NCBI GenBank assembly: GCA_030704615.1
Contig: CM060734.1
Coordinates: 20,832,001 to 20,896,000, forward strand
DNA length: 64,000 nt
Origin: Takakia lepidozioides
Lineage: Eukaryota; Plantae; Bryophyta
Direction of reading: 5' to 3'
Made by a program: the position numbers and the translations under genes
In this document: piece after piece, positions 12,701-25,419 of the stretch
Numbering within the stretch: the stretch's first letter is position 1
How the letters are laid out: the number at the start of each line of letters is the position of its first letter
Notes under the pieces: generated by a model
Seen by the model: the letters and a program-made list of their open reading frames with translations, nothing else
What the model was told of the DNA's origin: nothing
Databases searched by the model: none

Positions 12701-15700
12701 GGGAAAAACATAGATACGGAACTATTTGCGTAAGAGGTTGCCATTGAATGTCCCTTCTGCCTCAATGAACATATTTGGAGAGAGAGAGAGATGTTGTTTG
12801 CCATAGCCTTGTGGCCAGATAAAAGAGAGAATGTACTCATAAGAAGTTTGCTGTAGCAAAGAGGAGAGAGAATAGGCAGTTTGTGATCAAAACTGAAGTT
12901 GATCTCACAGAAACATACATAGCACATCACCATACAGCCTTTTCAGGCTCCATCACAGACCCTCATGGTTTTTCAGTCCTCTATTCTGGCAGTATGAGGA
13001 CACAGCTCATACCCCCAAAAAGTATCCGAAAAAGCAGATTTGTAAGACATACAACTCTACTTAAGAGGGAGGGTGGATGGGTGGGGATTATGTGTACTCG
13101 CCCCTTTAGAACTGGTGCCTACTTGGCAACCGTTGACATAGTAACCTCACCCTAACCACAAAGATGGGACGGTGAGCCTATTGACTTCATAAGTAACAGG
13201 CACCCAAACCAGATCTGCCTTCATACCTTCCTTTACAAATCCTTACTGGGACATCAGTTTTCAGGTGTTCTAAGTGGCAATCAGATGCCCACTAGGTTGT
13301 GTTTTCTCACAACAGATGTACTTCCTCACTTTCATATCTTCCAAAGCAATAATAGAACTAGGAATGTCTCCGTAACAGGCAACTCTTTCCATGTGGGAAG
13401 GACAGAATGTCTCCTCTCCCTTTCCATGTAGGTACAAGCTCATAGATCCTTCATCCCCAGAGAAAAACAGCAGTAATGTGTACAAAATCAGCACATACGA
13501 ACAGATTTGAGGTTTGAGAGAGCTCAAAGCCTCATTCCCTTAGTAGCATTTCCTGCAACAAAAGAAGGGGAAGTGGCCTCGTCTGGATCCATCACAGCCA
13601 ACCAACAAACCAACAGGTTAGTGATCCCTGTGGGAACCCCAGGTTTAAACCACTTCACATTTGTTATCAATGTCATCCCTGCAGCAGGTCATACTAGCAA
13701 AGAGAGGAGAGGTAAGGAAGGTCCTATCAGCCATTTCAGCAGCCAACCATTCCCAAAAGGAAGGTGTTACCAGACCTAAGTACTCAAGCAAGGGCTCACA
13801 TAGAAGCTCTTGGTTTGCAAACGTGTTCCTAGATTCAGAGTGGAGCTTAGTCAAGTCCATATAAGTTCCTCACAGTGTCAATTCTCTTTGTGTTGCCATA
13901 CTAAGCAGCCCTTCAAAGTGTTTAAGGAGTCTGAATGGACACCTTGCTTGTAGCCATAGTTCAGCAGTAAGGTAGTCAGCTCCTCCAGCTCTTGCCTTCT
14001 CCTCTTCAAAATGAGAAGAGTGGCCAGGCTTTCTAACCTTGTAGGCAGCTGCTTTAGGTTATCACCTAGGGAGAACCTAATGAGTCATCCCGTTCTCCAT
14101 TTCCTGTTCTGCTCTAGGCAAAAAAGCTTTACGGAGTAATGGGATAAGGCAATTCTTGAATGTTGTTAGCCATATTCAAAGGAAAGGGAGAGAGAGAGAG
14201 AGAGAGAAAGTACTCATAAGACTTCGTTTGCCGTAGCCTTGTGGCCATAGACCCTGTGCCCAGTTTGGACGGAAAAGAATGTACTCATAAGACATTGTTT
14301 GCTGCAGCCTTGTGGCCAAAGACCCTGCACCCATTTTGGGCGGAACAAAAGGGAACAGATACTACCTTTGTGAGGGGCTCACTCCCGTAGTGTGACTTAC
14401 CTTGATAGAGACAATTAGTTTGGTTTTTTGAGATATCCTCTAGAGAGCCCTTTACACAAGCATCAACTTGCTGTGTGTGAGCTTCCCAGCAATTAGACCC
14501 CAACAGGGCCAGGGCTTTAGGCACACCCTCAAGACTTTGAAAGTTGGAGAACAGAGGTGCAGGGACAATGTTCTTGATGGTCCTGAATAGGGTCACTCTC
14601 TGGTTAGATTATCCCGGACAATGTATCAGAAAGTGCATATTGTCTTCGGGCTGCATGCACATCAGGCAGTTACAATCTCCTCTTCCTCTCTGCATCTGTT
14701 TGGTGTTCGAAGGTAGGCTTCCCCCCCTGAATTTAAATGTCAGTCTAGTGCTGAGGGTAGGTAGGCCCTTGAGATCATCCTTAATGTCATCGCCCATGGC
14801 ACAGACTGGAACAAGTTCAGGGAATTTATATGCCTAACTTCATTTTCATGGGACTGTCTTTGGGCATCAGACATGGCTTTGGACACAACCCCCCAAGTCA
14901 ATTTCATCCAGTAGTGTCAATTCTTCTGGACTTATATTCAGATACTTGAAAATCTCTTCTACCCTTTTCTGCCAAGACTTGGCCTGTTTCAGGCCGGTCA
15001 TACTTCCGAGAAATAGTGTCGACTATCTTGGGGTATGTAGTATGAGTCATGCGATTCACATGACTCGACCCTTGACTTCATCACATCGAGAGCTCAAGGG
15101 AGGTCTGCCAAACTTGCCCCGAACAGCCATATTAGCTGTTCTAGAACAAGCTGACATGCTTTCTTTGAGCACCCTGACCTGAATGGATTCTAGAGATTTG
15201 GCATGGTCAGAATTGTCGACCCACACAGCAAAACTTAGTGAGACCCAAAGCTTTGCGTTGAGCTTATTGAATCACTTTTTGTGTATGCGCATCCCAGTTA
15301 CAGGTGAGTAGGAAGGGAGTACAGGTATCTCTTCATCACCCCATTTCCGTTTGAGATCCCCTCTGCCCTCCCCACGATTGCTGAATGCCACCACTGCACA
15401 TGTTTACAAGCTTTACAAGCTTCTAGCCTCCACAGGTCAAAGAACCTCTTCGCACAATCAATCAGCTCCTGGAGATTGGATGGGGTATCCCCTAGGCCTG
15501 CAGAGTCATCCGCAAACATAAGAGCTGGTATGGTGGCATCACCCACGTTTAGCCCAAACGCCTCACTTTCCACATCTTCAAGAAGCTGATCAATAAACAT
15601 TGAAGAGCAATGGGGAGAGAGTACAACCTCGTGGTTGTGGACAATCCTCCACATCTTACCCCTGCCCAGAAGACGAAAGCCGGAGCCACAGCCTATCACA

Positions 15701-18610
15701 CCATACTGTGTCAAAAGACGGAGAGAATGTACTCAGAAGATGTTGTTTGCCGCAGCCTTGTGGCCATTGACCCTGCGCCCGGTTTGAGCAGAACACAAAG
15801 GGACAGAAACTACCTTTGTCAGGGGCTGATGCCGGCAAAAGATGGAGAGAATGTACTCATAAGACGTTGTTTGCAGTAGCCTTGTGGCCATTGACCCTGC
15901 GTCCAGTTTGAGCGGAACACAAAGGGACAGAAACTACCTTTGTCAGGGGCTAACGCCGGTAGTATGACTTACTTTGGAACAGACAATTGATCCAATTTTC
16001 CAGATATCCTCTAAAAATCCCTTTTGCCCAATAAATAGGCCCCAAAAGGGCCCGGGCGGTTGGAAAGCCTCAAGATTTTCAAAGTTGGTAGACAGAGGTA
16101 CAGGAACAAAAATCCCTTGATGGATTTGAAGAGGGCGTCTCTCTGGTGAGAGTACCCAGGACAATGAATCAGAAAGTGGATATTGTCTTCAGGTTGCCCA
16201 CCCAACAGGCATTTGCAATCCCCCTTTCCTCTCTGCATCTTTTTGTTGTTCAAAGGTAGGCTTCCCGCCCTGAGTTTAAATTTCAGTCTAGTGTGGAGAA
16301 TGGGTAAACCCTTGAGGTCATCCATGATGGCCTCCCCCATGTCACAGACTGGAAACAAGTTCAGGGAAGTTTTCTGCCTAACTTCATTTTCATCAAACAA
16401 TTTCCTGGCAACAGACATGGCTTTGGACACTACAGCCTCTAAGTCAGATTTATCCAGCAGGGTCAAGACTTGTGGACTTAGATTCAGATCCTTCTACCCT
16501 CTTCTACCCTCTTCCTTCTACCCTATTCTAATCTCCTCTATCCTCTTCCACCAGGAAGAAGCCTGTTTGACAGGGCGATCCTGCTTCCAAGATACAGAGT
16601 TGATTAACTTAGGAGATCTGATATTAGTCATACGTTGCAGCTGACTCTACCAGCTGACCTTGAATTATCTCGTCAGGAGCTTAAGGGAGGAATGCCAAAC
16701 TCACCCCGAACAGCCACATTAGCTGTTTCGGAGCATGCTGACATGCACTCCTTGAGCATCCCCACTTGAATGGATTGTAGAGACTTAGCCTGGTTGGAGT
16801 TGTCATCCACACTGCAGATGGAATCTCTTGGCTTCCCCACTGCCACTTGAGGTGGCCTCCTCCCTCCCCTCCATCATTGAATGCCACCACTGCGCATTTA
16901 CTACGTTAGCCTCCAGGCTTGACCTCTTCACTTTGGTAGACTTTGAGGATTGGTAAACCATTTAGAGTACCAAATCGTTCAGTTACACGACGTTCAGGCT
17001 CTGCACACTTAGGGACAGATTGTCCATCTGACGGCTTGGGGACAATTACCCTGTGTATAGAATTTGTTCGTCTTGTGTAAACCTTGAGGATTGGTAAACC
17101 ATTCAGAGTACCAAATCCTTCAGATTCAGGACGTTCAGGTTCCGTACACTTAGGGGCATCTTGTCCTTCTGGCTGTTTGGATTCAACCTCATCCAGAGCA
17201 TCAAACCGATTAGAAACTCTCAAGTTGAAGTTGTTGCCCTTGGTTGTCTTCCTAGAGCGCCCCATTGAATCACCAATGTCTAAGACCGTTCTCCAGCCAG
17301 TCAAGGGACGAACTTCTTTGAGATTGAATTGATGCGGGACTCTATTAGAAGCACTTTTGGTCATTGCAACCTTCAACGTACCCCTGTTATCAAGTCTCGA
17401 GATGGTACCATTAGCCATGAAATCCAAGCCTAAGCTAGAGCTGTGTTTTAAAGGACACATCGTCCATCCTGGGATTCACCCCAAAAACTACACATGAAGC
17501 CCTAGATTTGGCATAAGTAACCAATTCCCAGGGATCACCCTGAGGAGTGTTGATGTTGATAGGAGCTAAAAAATTTATTGTTTTCGCAGGCCATAAGTTT
17601 AAGCACAGGAACCAACCCGAGCCCAAGTGCCGAGTATGCTAGACAGAGCATATGACTGCCCAATTTGGGCGAGGAGGGGCTGCCCCAAGCGGTAGGAGTC
17701 CGCTTGTTACCATTCAGAGATCACACTCCAGGGAGTTGCAGGGAATGGCCCGTGTAGGCATATTCCAAAAGAGGGAAAGGCCCCAAGCTTTCCAACTAAA
17801 TCCAATGCACTACCTTACCCGAAGCAAAGCGTTTCAGGTCGAAACAAACAAGGACACGAGGTCACAAGGCCGGCATTTAGTCACAGAGACATTAATGTAC
17901 TCCCGTTTCAAGTCCACCCAATGTCAACAGGCTTCCTAGTGGACAGGGAGATAGGGAGAAGAAGAGAGAGAGAGAGAGAGAGAGAATGTACTCATAAGAC
18001 GCTGTTTGCCGTAGCCTTGTGGCCATTGACCCCGCGCTCAGTTTGAGCGGCACAGAAAGGGACAGAAACAACCTTTGTCAGGGGCTGACGCCGGTAATAT
18101 AACTTACCTTGAAACAGACAATTAATCCGAGTTTTCCAGAGATCTCTAGAAATCCCTTCACACAAGCATCAATCTGCTGTGTGTGCTCTGCTAGGCCCCA
18201 AAAGAGCCTGGGCTTTTGGCTCAGCCTCGAGACTTTCAATGTTGGTAAACAGAGGTTTAGGCACAATTCCCTTTGATAGCTCATGCGGCATTATCCATTG
18301 TTGAAGAAGACTTGCAATCAAGAGGTTTAGATAATATTCAATTATGGGGTGGTGAAACGATGACTTGAAGAGGGCGTCTCTCTCGTAAAAGTACCCAGGA
18401 CAATGAATCAGAAAATGAATATTGTCTTCAGGTTGCCCACACAACGGGCAATTGCAATCCTCTTTCCTCTCTGCATCTGTTTGCTGTTCAAAGGTAGGTT
18501 TCCCGCCCTGAGTTTAAGTTTCAGTCTAGTGCCGAGGGTGGGTAAACCCTTGAGGTCATCCATGATGGCCTCTCCCATGACACAGACTGGAAACAAGTTC
18601 AGGGAAGTTC

Positions 18611-18644
<34 letters not shown>

Positions 18645-19123
18645 GAGAGCTGTGTTTGCTTTTTCCCCTACCTCTATTGCCTTGTGTATACATTAAACAC
18701 CATTGCAGTGGGGCCTTATGGGCGGTATAGCCCATGTTGAGGTAAAGATGACCAACCACAGTAGTACACTTTGTTGGCTGCTGGAACCAGAAGCTGCATG
18801 CCAATGCAAGATATATGTGAACAATAATATGCCTCTGATCCCAAATGGCTGTTCTTTCACTGCAGGTAAGGTCCAACAACATGAGAGTAGTGGGTTTCTT
18901 GGGAGACAACCGGCGGATGAATGTGGCAGTTACAAGGGCAAGGAAGCATGTGGCAGTGGTGTGTGACAGCACCACAGTTGGGCGCAATGCTTTTTTGCAG
19001 CGTTTGCTCCAATATATACACTGCTTTGGGGAAGTTAGCTGTGCCCATCCAGTGGAATCTCCCGCCATTTCTGACTACACAGCCCCAGTCAATTCTGGGC
19101 GTCAAAGAAACAGAGGAAGATGA
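6762..19123 (+). CDS. SF1 UPF1-like DNA/RNA helicase, SMUBP-2/IGHMBP2-like (At5g35970 type, probably plastid-targeted), 10 exons, ~1055 aa
   Basis: Phase-consistent GT-AG exons: 6762-7338, 7844-8160, 8358-8427, 8756-9061, 9482-9768, 9979-10614, 10930-11319, 11812-11980, 12509-12666, 18866-19123 (total 3168 nt). Motifs include Walker A QGPPGTGKT, APTNAAVDNL, VDEAAQ, LAGDTCQLAP, QYRMH, SPYVAQV, VDSFQGRE and RRMNVAVTRAR. The start codon and exon 1 are less certain. Confidence 0.93.
12781..12857 (-). mobile_element. Two short RTEX 3'-end fragments attached to (GA)n
   Basis: GTAGCCTTGTGGCCA-like and GAGAATGTACTCATAAG motifs match the larger copies at 14.2-18.6 kb. Confidence 0.7.
14188..18645 (-). 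mobile_element. Head-to-tail array of truncated or internally deleted RTEX-like LINE copies in helicase intron 9
   Basis: 3' ends at ~14188, 14276, 15722, 15846 and 17962. RT pieces include SFDTVW, GCTLSPLLFNVFIDQLL and ALMFADD. C-terminal RLKFKLRAGSLPL...C..C..EDNIHFLIHCP occurs three times, and tails are (TC)n. Segment ~16918-17460 looks like an ORF1 N-terminus (SNRFDAL). Confidence 0.85.
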
Positions 19124-20224
19124 TGGAAAAGATCCTGCTTGCAGTTTCCCTTGACCACAAATTTCATACTCAATGTGCAAGTTGGCAGGGATGAGGGTGT
19201 GGAGGAAGTGGGCCCACTGTATCACTGAAGCTTGTTTCAGTGATGGCCCTCACATTTGGAGGGAGAAGGGCATGCAAAGATGGAGGTTTCATTATTCTCT
19301 GGACGGTTATGAGTCTTGTATTAGCCTTTCGGATACTAGTTCCCCGCAGCCATAATGTGGGATTCTCCCTAGCACTCAGTTGGGCACAAAAACAATTGCT
19401 GACGTTTTGTGTAGTGTGTAAAGGGAGATAAAAGAAAGAAAGCAAAAAGAGAGGCAGCTTCACACCTGCCGCATATTTGTAAGATAACACTAAATTTATC
19501 TGGATGTGCCCAGAGCTTTAGTGGAGTAACCCCATATCCAGTTCAGCCAGAGCCTTCCAAATTACTCAAGAACTGTTGGTATGCACTGATGCTGGACAGC
19601 CAAGAGCAGAGTTGTATTAATATATGGTTATCGTACAGGTAATATAGCTCACCAGGACAGGCAGAGGACATTTCATGGTGGTCACATTCACATTGTCAAT
19701 TCAGGCCAGGGTGATTCTTGTGTGCAATTTGTACTATAGTGTGTCTTCACCTCCGTCTTGGAGATAATTGATTAGGGAGGAAGATGGGAGTCTCCTACTT
19801 TCAAACTGCTGCATGCATGAGTTGTGTGGTTAAAATGAGGAGGCATTTTTTGTAGGCCTGTGAAGGTTAGAAATGAAATGAATGGGATTCTCCTGTGACA
19901 CCAACGATGAGAAGGTGAAGTAGCCTGTGAGAGCATACAACGCACAGAGATGGAAGGACATGGAGAGAGTATCATGGAGAGTGGCAATGAGCAGGACAGA
20001 GATGAACACAATTGAATAGATGTAGGAATACTCAGTGTCCAACCCAAAATACCTTGTATTCCATGAATTTATACTCAAACCAGAGGTTCAAACCTCATGC
20101 AACGTGTCCACACAGGAGAGGAAGCCCCTGATTGCATGCCATCCCAGCCCTACACAGACCAACGGCTCTGATTGCTAACTATTCCCAAGAACCGCGGTGA
20201 ACTTACATATAGGTGCACTATGCC

Positions 20225-20355
20225 GACATATCAGCCCTTGTGTTGGCGGATGAATGCGAAGGCATAGGGGAGACTCCTTCCACTCTCCAGGAATTGATTG
20301 ATTGCACGAATAGATACTTTGACCCTTGGGGGGCTAGAGGCTAACCTGTGGAGAG
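20225..20355 (+). mobile_element. Small RTEX-like RT fragment ending in (GA)n
   Basis: ISALVLADECEGIGETPSTLQELIDCTNRYFD..LEAN matches IPALMFADDSAGLGDTPSNLQELIDCAKRFFDLWRLEA in the intron copies. Confidence 0.7.
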
Positions 20356-20875
20356 AGAGAGAGAGAGAGAGACAGGGCTTGTCGTGTCATGACAAGTATT
20401 TCAAGGACCAGTCTTCTCCAGATCTGGTCTTTGCAATTTTAGGACAAAAAACAGCTTTGAAAAAGCATTATCACTAGTTTTATCATTGCTGTGATTTCAT
20501 TATGACCAAATCTTTGTCAACAATCATGTTCAGTTCTTTCTAAGAGCATAACTCCTCCTTAGTCCACGCATAGGGAGACTCCTTCCACTCTCCAGGAATT
20601 GATTGATTGCACGAATAGATACTTTGACCTTTGGGGGCTAGAGGCTAACCTGTGGAGAGAGAGAGAGAGAGAGAGACAGGGCTTGTCTTGTCATGACAAG
20701 TATATTCAAGGACCAGTCTTCTCCAGATCTGGTCTTTGCAATTTTAGGACAAAAAACAGCTTTGAAAAAGCATTATCACTAGTTTTATCATTGCTGTGAT
20801 TTCATTATGACCAAATCTTTGTCAACAATCATGTTCAGTTCTTTCTAAGAGCATAACATCCTCCTTAGTCCACGC
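20262..20875. repeat. Near-identical tandem duplication (~306 bp x2)
   Basis: 20262-20567 and 20568-20875 differ only by a few substitutions/indels and (GA)n length. Confidence 0.92.
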
Positions 20876-22536
20876 CCATTGGAGATCGGTGGGTGGGTGG
20901 GATGTTTTATCATTTATGACATAGATCAGACATTCTTATGTACATCAGCCTTTTCATTAGTTTGCTTTCCTGCTAGGTATCTTGCCATACCCATTCTAAG
21001 AGTCTAACATCCCCCTTACTTCCCAAAAGAGGGTGGGTGGGTGGTTGTTTGGGCACTTAGAATGTCACTCAGGGCAGATTCCTAAAAAATGTATCAGATT
21101 CAAAGGTCTCTGGCAACTCATAAAGTTACCATCTATCCTAGGAATCTGAAAAAACAGCATCATGCATCAGATAAGATGGCCAAAGGTAGCTTATCTCCAG
21201 TAAATCTACACTTTTTCAAGAATCTGAAAAGCGGCAACCTCCATGAACTTTCAATTCATTGCAGCTGGAGGTTAGACAAAAACTTGTGTTGCATGCATTT
21301 TAAAAGCTGTAATCAACTTAGAATGTAAATCAGAGCAGCTTCCTAACCCCTGTAAATCTTTGCAAAGGTAGGATCAGGCTATCTGAAGTCCAAAGCAATC
21401 TCAGCTTTCATCCTCCTCTGACATGTAGAACAGCAAGGTGACTGTTGCTACACCTTAAACTGCCATCTCTACAGTAGGTCAGCCATTTCAAAATTGTTGC
21501 AAACTTTTTGCCATAGACAGACTATTAGGTATCGTGCTTTCTCATTTCTAAGAGCCTAGAACCAAGAACCACCCATAAGCCACCCAAAGATGGTGGGTGG
21601 GTTGATTTTTTGGCACTTAGCATGTTCCTCAAAGCAGTTTCCTAATACCTGTCCTGTACTAAGAAAAATACAGCAGCCATAGTGCCACGCTATCTGCATT
21701 CAACAGGGCTACTAGCTGACAGTAAAATCTGATATATCAAGCAATGACAAGACAGTAGTTATGGAGACATTATACTGTCTGAGAACAGCAGCTCATATCC
21801 TCTGTCATTCAGGTCTGAAGTATTGACCAAGCAAAACACTAGAACCAGGCCTAGGTTTCTACTTCCCTTAAAAAACCTTTCAATCCAGAGCCTGCCTTCA
21901 CATGGTGGGCTAGAGTCACCCTTGCTTCCTGCAACATGTGGCAGCATCCTTCCTTTTCTCATCTTTGTATAGAGTAGCTTAACATTTCATGAAAATCGCA
22001 GCACCCTTACCTGTGCCCGTCCCAAGAACCCACCACAAAGGTGCCAGTTAGTGAGGATGCATCAGGTATCAGCGGGTGTGCGTGCTTGCTATCGCTGTCA
22101 AACATGCTATGGAAAACAAACAAAGATGTGTGCAACCACTACAACCTTTAAGACTTGTGGAAGCAACGCAGCTTCAGCCATTTGATCCCACTCGCGATAC
22201 GAAACAGAACAAACAGGTAATGCGAGTAAGGGAGAGAAATTGCTCCTGTTATAGCCATGGCAATCAGCTTAGGTTTTCTAGGAGTAAATGCTGCTGGCAG
22301 GAAGGAGGAGCGCCAAGGTGTAATTCGCCGTCTTGTATAATCAAAACACCATGCAGGTGTCTCATCGCGCAGTTCCCAAAGGACTGCATTGCTGCGAGAT
22401 GATGCCTGGAACCCTAAAAATTAGAAGATTCCTTGTGGGCATGGATGGATGCTTAATTTGCATCCAGATTCCATTCGTCCTTTCAGATTTAATATATCAG
22501 AAAATCGCAGAATTTGAATGAAAATTCCCCAGGATT

Positions 22537-22575
<39 letters not shown>

Positions 22576-22599
22576 CGATGTAACTAAGAGCCACTTTGC

Positions 22600-22823
22600 T
22601 ATCCCCCCTCCCCACCCCCTCTCCCTGCCCTTTAACTCAAACAAAAGAAGCGTTGACTAGCGACCCCCATCCGTCGCAAGAAAAAAAAACCCGTCGCAAG
22701 GGTGGGCTGCCTTTTTGCCCTTCATTGCACCTTGCGCGCCGGATGGCAACACCAGGGCGTTGCAATCAGGGCCGCAGGGTTGGCGTCGCTACCCACCCCC
22801 CCCCCCCCATATTTGCAGTAGTG
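22600..22823. mobile_element. CACTA (En/Spm) transposon end remnant
   Basis: Ends ...TTTGCAGTAGTG (reverse complement CACTACTGCAAA) with GCGTCGC/CGTCGCA subterminal repeats. The same end occurs at 26424. Confidence 0.6.
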
Positions 22824-23065
22824 TAATCTCTGTGGAGCCTCCAATGGAAGTTGAGGGCTGGTCCCATCCAGATATATCCAGGCCTTGCCTCCACACACTA
22901 CCAGCTGTTGATTGCTCTCTCCAATTAGGCTCCATGGAGCCTCCAATGGAAGTTGAAGGCTGGTCCCATCCAGATGTACGTCACGTCGGACGTCACGTGC
23001 TGTTGGTGGAGGATTTGAAGCGCTTCTTGCCTTCGATGTGGGCAGCCATCGTTCAAAGCCTATCT

Positions 23066-23170
23066 GTATACACAGTTGCATTTCACTTCTCAGTGCTACG
23101 ACAACTCTACCCAGATGACATGCTGCTGCTATCGCTATTTTCAGGGATTGGGGGGTAGAGATAGCCCTCA
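23066..23170 (+). pseudogene. Isolated fragment of a DRM-type cytosine DNA methyltransferase (motif X-I region)
   Basis: VYTVAFHFSVLRQLYPDDMLLLSLFSGIGG, then after a 1-nt frameshift VEIAL. This resembles the DRM consensus VDTVAYHLSVLK..FP.G..VLSLFSGIGGAEVAL. Confidence 0.75.
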
Positions 23171-23899
23171 TATTAGAGCTTGACGAGGCCAAGGAGTACA
23201 CACCACGCTCGTAGGGAATCTGTTGTTTGCTCTTGAGAGAGTCAATGGACAGAGCTGTTTTTCTGTAGAGATAGAAAACATGTTATCATCTTAACAACAC
23301 CACCGACGTTCCTGAGTGCAATGTTGAAGACGGAACGAAACTATCTAGAATCAAAAGGAAACAATCTGTGAAAGATAAGGTCATGACAAGCAACGCATGC
23401 GCACGCATTGAGACGACTCTTTCCCATAGCTATGATTGCCCTGTTGAGACTGCAGATTGTTTGAAGGACCGGTTACTCAAGAGCAAAAATTATCTTTCTT
23501 TGGCTACGTTGGTGAGTGGCCTCTCTGAAAGTACAATGGGTTCAATTTGATTGTTAAGGACAGTCCTTGTAGTAATCTGTCCGGAAACAACCTCTCCGAA
23601 AACAACCAACAATTGCCCATCGAGCCGACACCTATTGGATGATTGGACCCAACAATCCAACAATAAATTGGGGGAAATAATAAGCAAAGGGTGGCGGACG
23701 CTGCCCGCCCGCCTCCCTATTGACGACCCGTGATTTATGGTTTAGTTCACAAATGTGGCGGTGGATTAGTGACTCACTGACTGCTCACTTAACCTTTGGT
23801 CGGTTACATAATAAACTCTAGTTAGGATAATTGGGGTAACCAAGCAACCGGGTGATAAGGGAACCTCCACCGGACGCGGCATTGGCTATGTCCCCAAGT

Positions 23900-24310
23900 G
23901 ATTTTATTTGTTGAAAACAAGCGACCGCCAATAATCGTTGGTTGTTTATATTTTATGAAATGAAGCGACCGCCAAATCGGCGGTAGCTCCTTTGATTTTA
24001 AAAAAAGAACTAAAGCAACTGCCAAATAAAATAAAAATAAATAAACTGGCGGTCGTTTCATACTTTTTATAAAAAGAAAGTAAAGTGACCGCACAATTGA
24101 CGGTCGCTATTTTTTAAAATTTCAGAAATATTAAGCGACCGCCATATTCATTTCCTATTTTTAAAAAATATGAAGTGACCGCCATATTTGCGGTCGCGTC
24201 ATATTTTTTTTAAAAGAACATAAAGCGACCGCCCATTGGTGGTCGCGCTTTATGTTATTTTAAAAATGAAGCGGGCGCCAATTGGCAGTTGCTTCTTTTT
24301 GTTATTTGGA
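23900..24310. repeat. Array of palindromic GCGACCGCC-N3-5-GGCGGTCGC units with A/T-rich spacers
   Basis: About 8 degenerate units, same family as the arrays at 41, 42, 54 and 55 kb. Confidence 0.85.
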
Positions 24311-24328
24311 AAAAAACGTGGTGTCTGT

Positions 24329-24395
24329 TCCCTTTTGTTCGGAGGAGTCTATGGCCACAAGGCTATGGTGAACAATGTCTTATGAGTACACTCTT
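24329..24395 (+). mobile_element. RTEX 3'-end fragment
   Basis: ATGGCCACAAGGCTATGG...TCTTATGAGTACACTCT is the reverse complement of the intron 3' ends. Confidence 0.7.
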
Positions 24396-25224
24396 ATGTT
24401 TCTGTCTTCTTGCCCTTCTTGGAAATTTATGTCATGGTGGTGAGGTTAAAGCACATTGCCAATGCAATTTTATGCTAGGAGGCTTCTTGGCAACCATAAT
24501 AGCAAATAGGTCATGGCTACTATTATTTATAGTCCTATTTCTAATCTTCGTATGTGTTTGAAAATCTTTAGTCCGTTGGGTTGTCCACTGTCAAATTCAA
24601 TCAATTCGAATCTTGGCTGGTTTTGAGGAGATAATGTAAGAAGTTAATGCAATTGTGCGATCTCTGACAACACAGTATAGTCGACCCTGGATATGTTACC
24701 TGTTTTTTTGTTATATCATCATAAATGTTATGATTTTCTTACTCTGTAAAAATATACACTAAGAATGACAAAAAGAGTGTTATTTGTTATTTGTTATTCG
24801 TTATTGAATTCATACTCTCCTCTTTGTTAAAACACCTCTGTAATTGTTACATTCAATATACACCTCTAAACTAGTTGGATCAGATAAGGAGTAATCCATT
24901 CTGGACACTAACAAATCACCTCCATGAATAACAGCCCCTAAAGTTGGTGACACGCTCACTTAACACTCAGTTAAGTAAGGTTAACACCAGTGTTGGTCTA
25001 GTATCTTGAATTGGAAATCCCAGAAGGATCCTGTATGCAGTGCTATTTTTTTTTTTTAAGGCAGGTAGGTTTTCCAATAATGCAGCCCCTGAATTTCAAG
25101 TACGAATCTGGTATGTATAGGTGGTTTTCAAAAAACAATCAATCTGGATATGAGCAATGGTATCTGAATGTCAATAACCCGGAAATATGAACTTGGATAT
25201 GGTTTTAATAAATAATAAATAAAA

Positions 25225-25419
25225 TAAAAATGGTACTAGTATTGAAATTCAAATTCAATATTGAAATGACCATTTGAATAGCCCAATTGACCCATTCCAA
25301 TATTGAAATGGCCATTTGAATAGTCCAAATGACCCATTTGAATATTGAAATGGTCATTTGAACTATTCAAATGGCCATTTCAATATTGAATTTGAATTTC
25401 AATACTAGTACCATTTTTA
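25225..25419. repeat. Fold-back/MITE-like long inverted repeat
   Basis: Arms of ~57 bp (TAAAAATGGTACTAGTATTGAAATTCAAATTCAATATTGAAATG... and its reverse complement) enclose internal tandem copies of AATATTGAAATGGCCATTTGAA. Confidence 0.85.

Noticed and set aside
17985-18095. Hammerhead ribozyme in the RTEX 3' end (CTTATGAG resembles CTGATGAG)
   Set aside because: The core mismatch is present in all copies and there is no correctly placed GAAA or stems.
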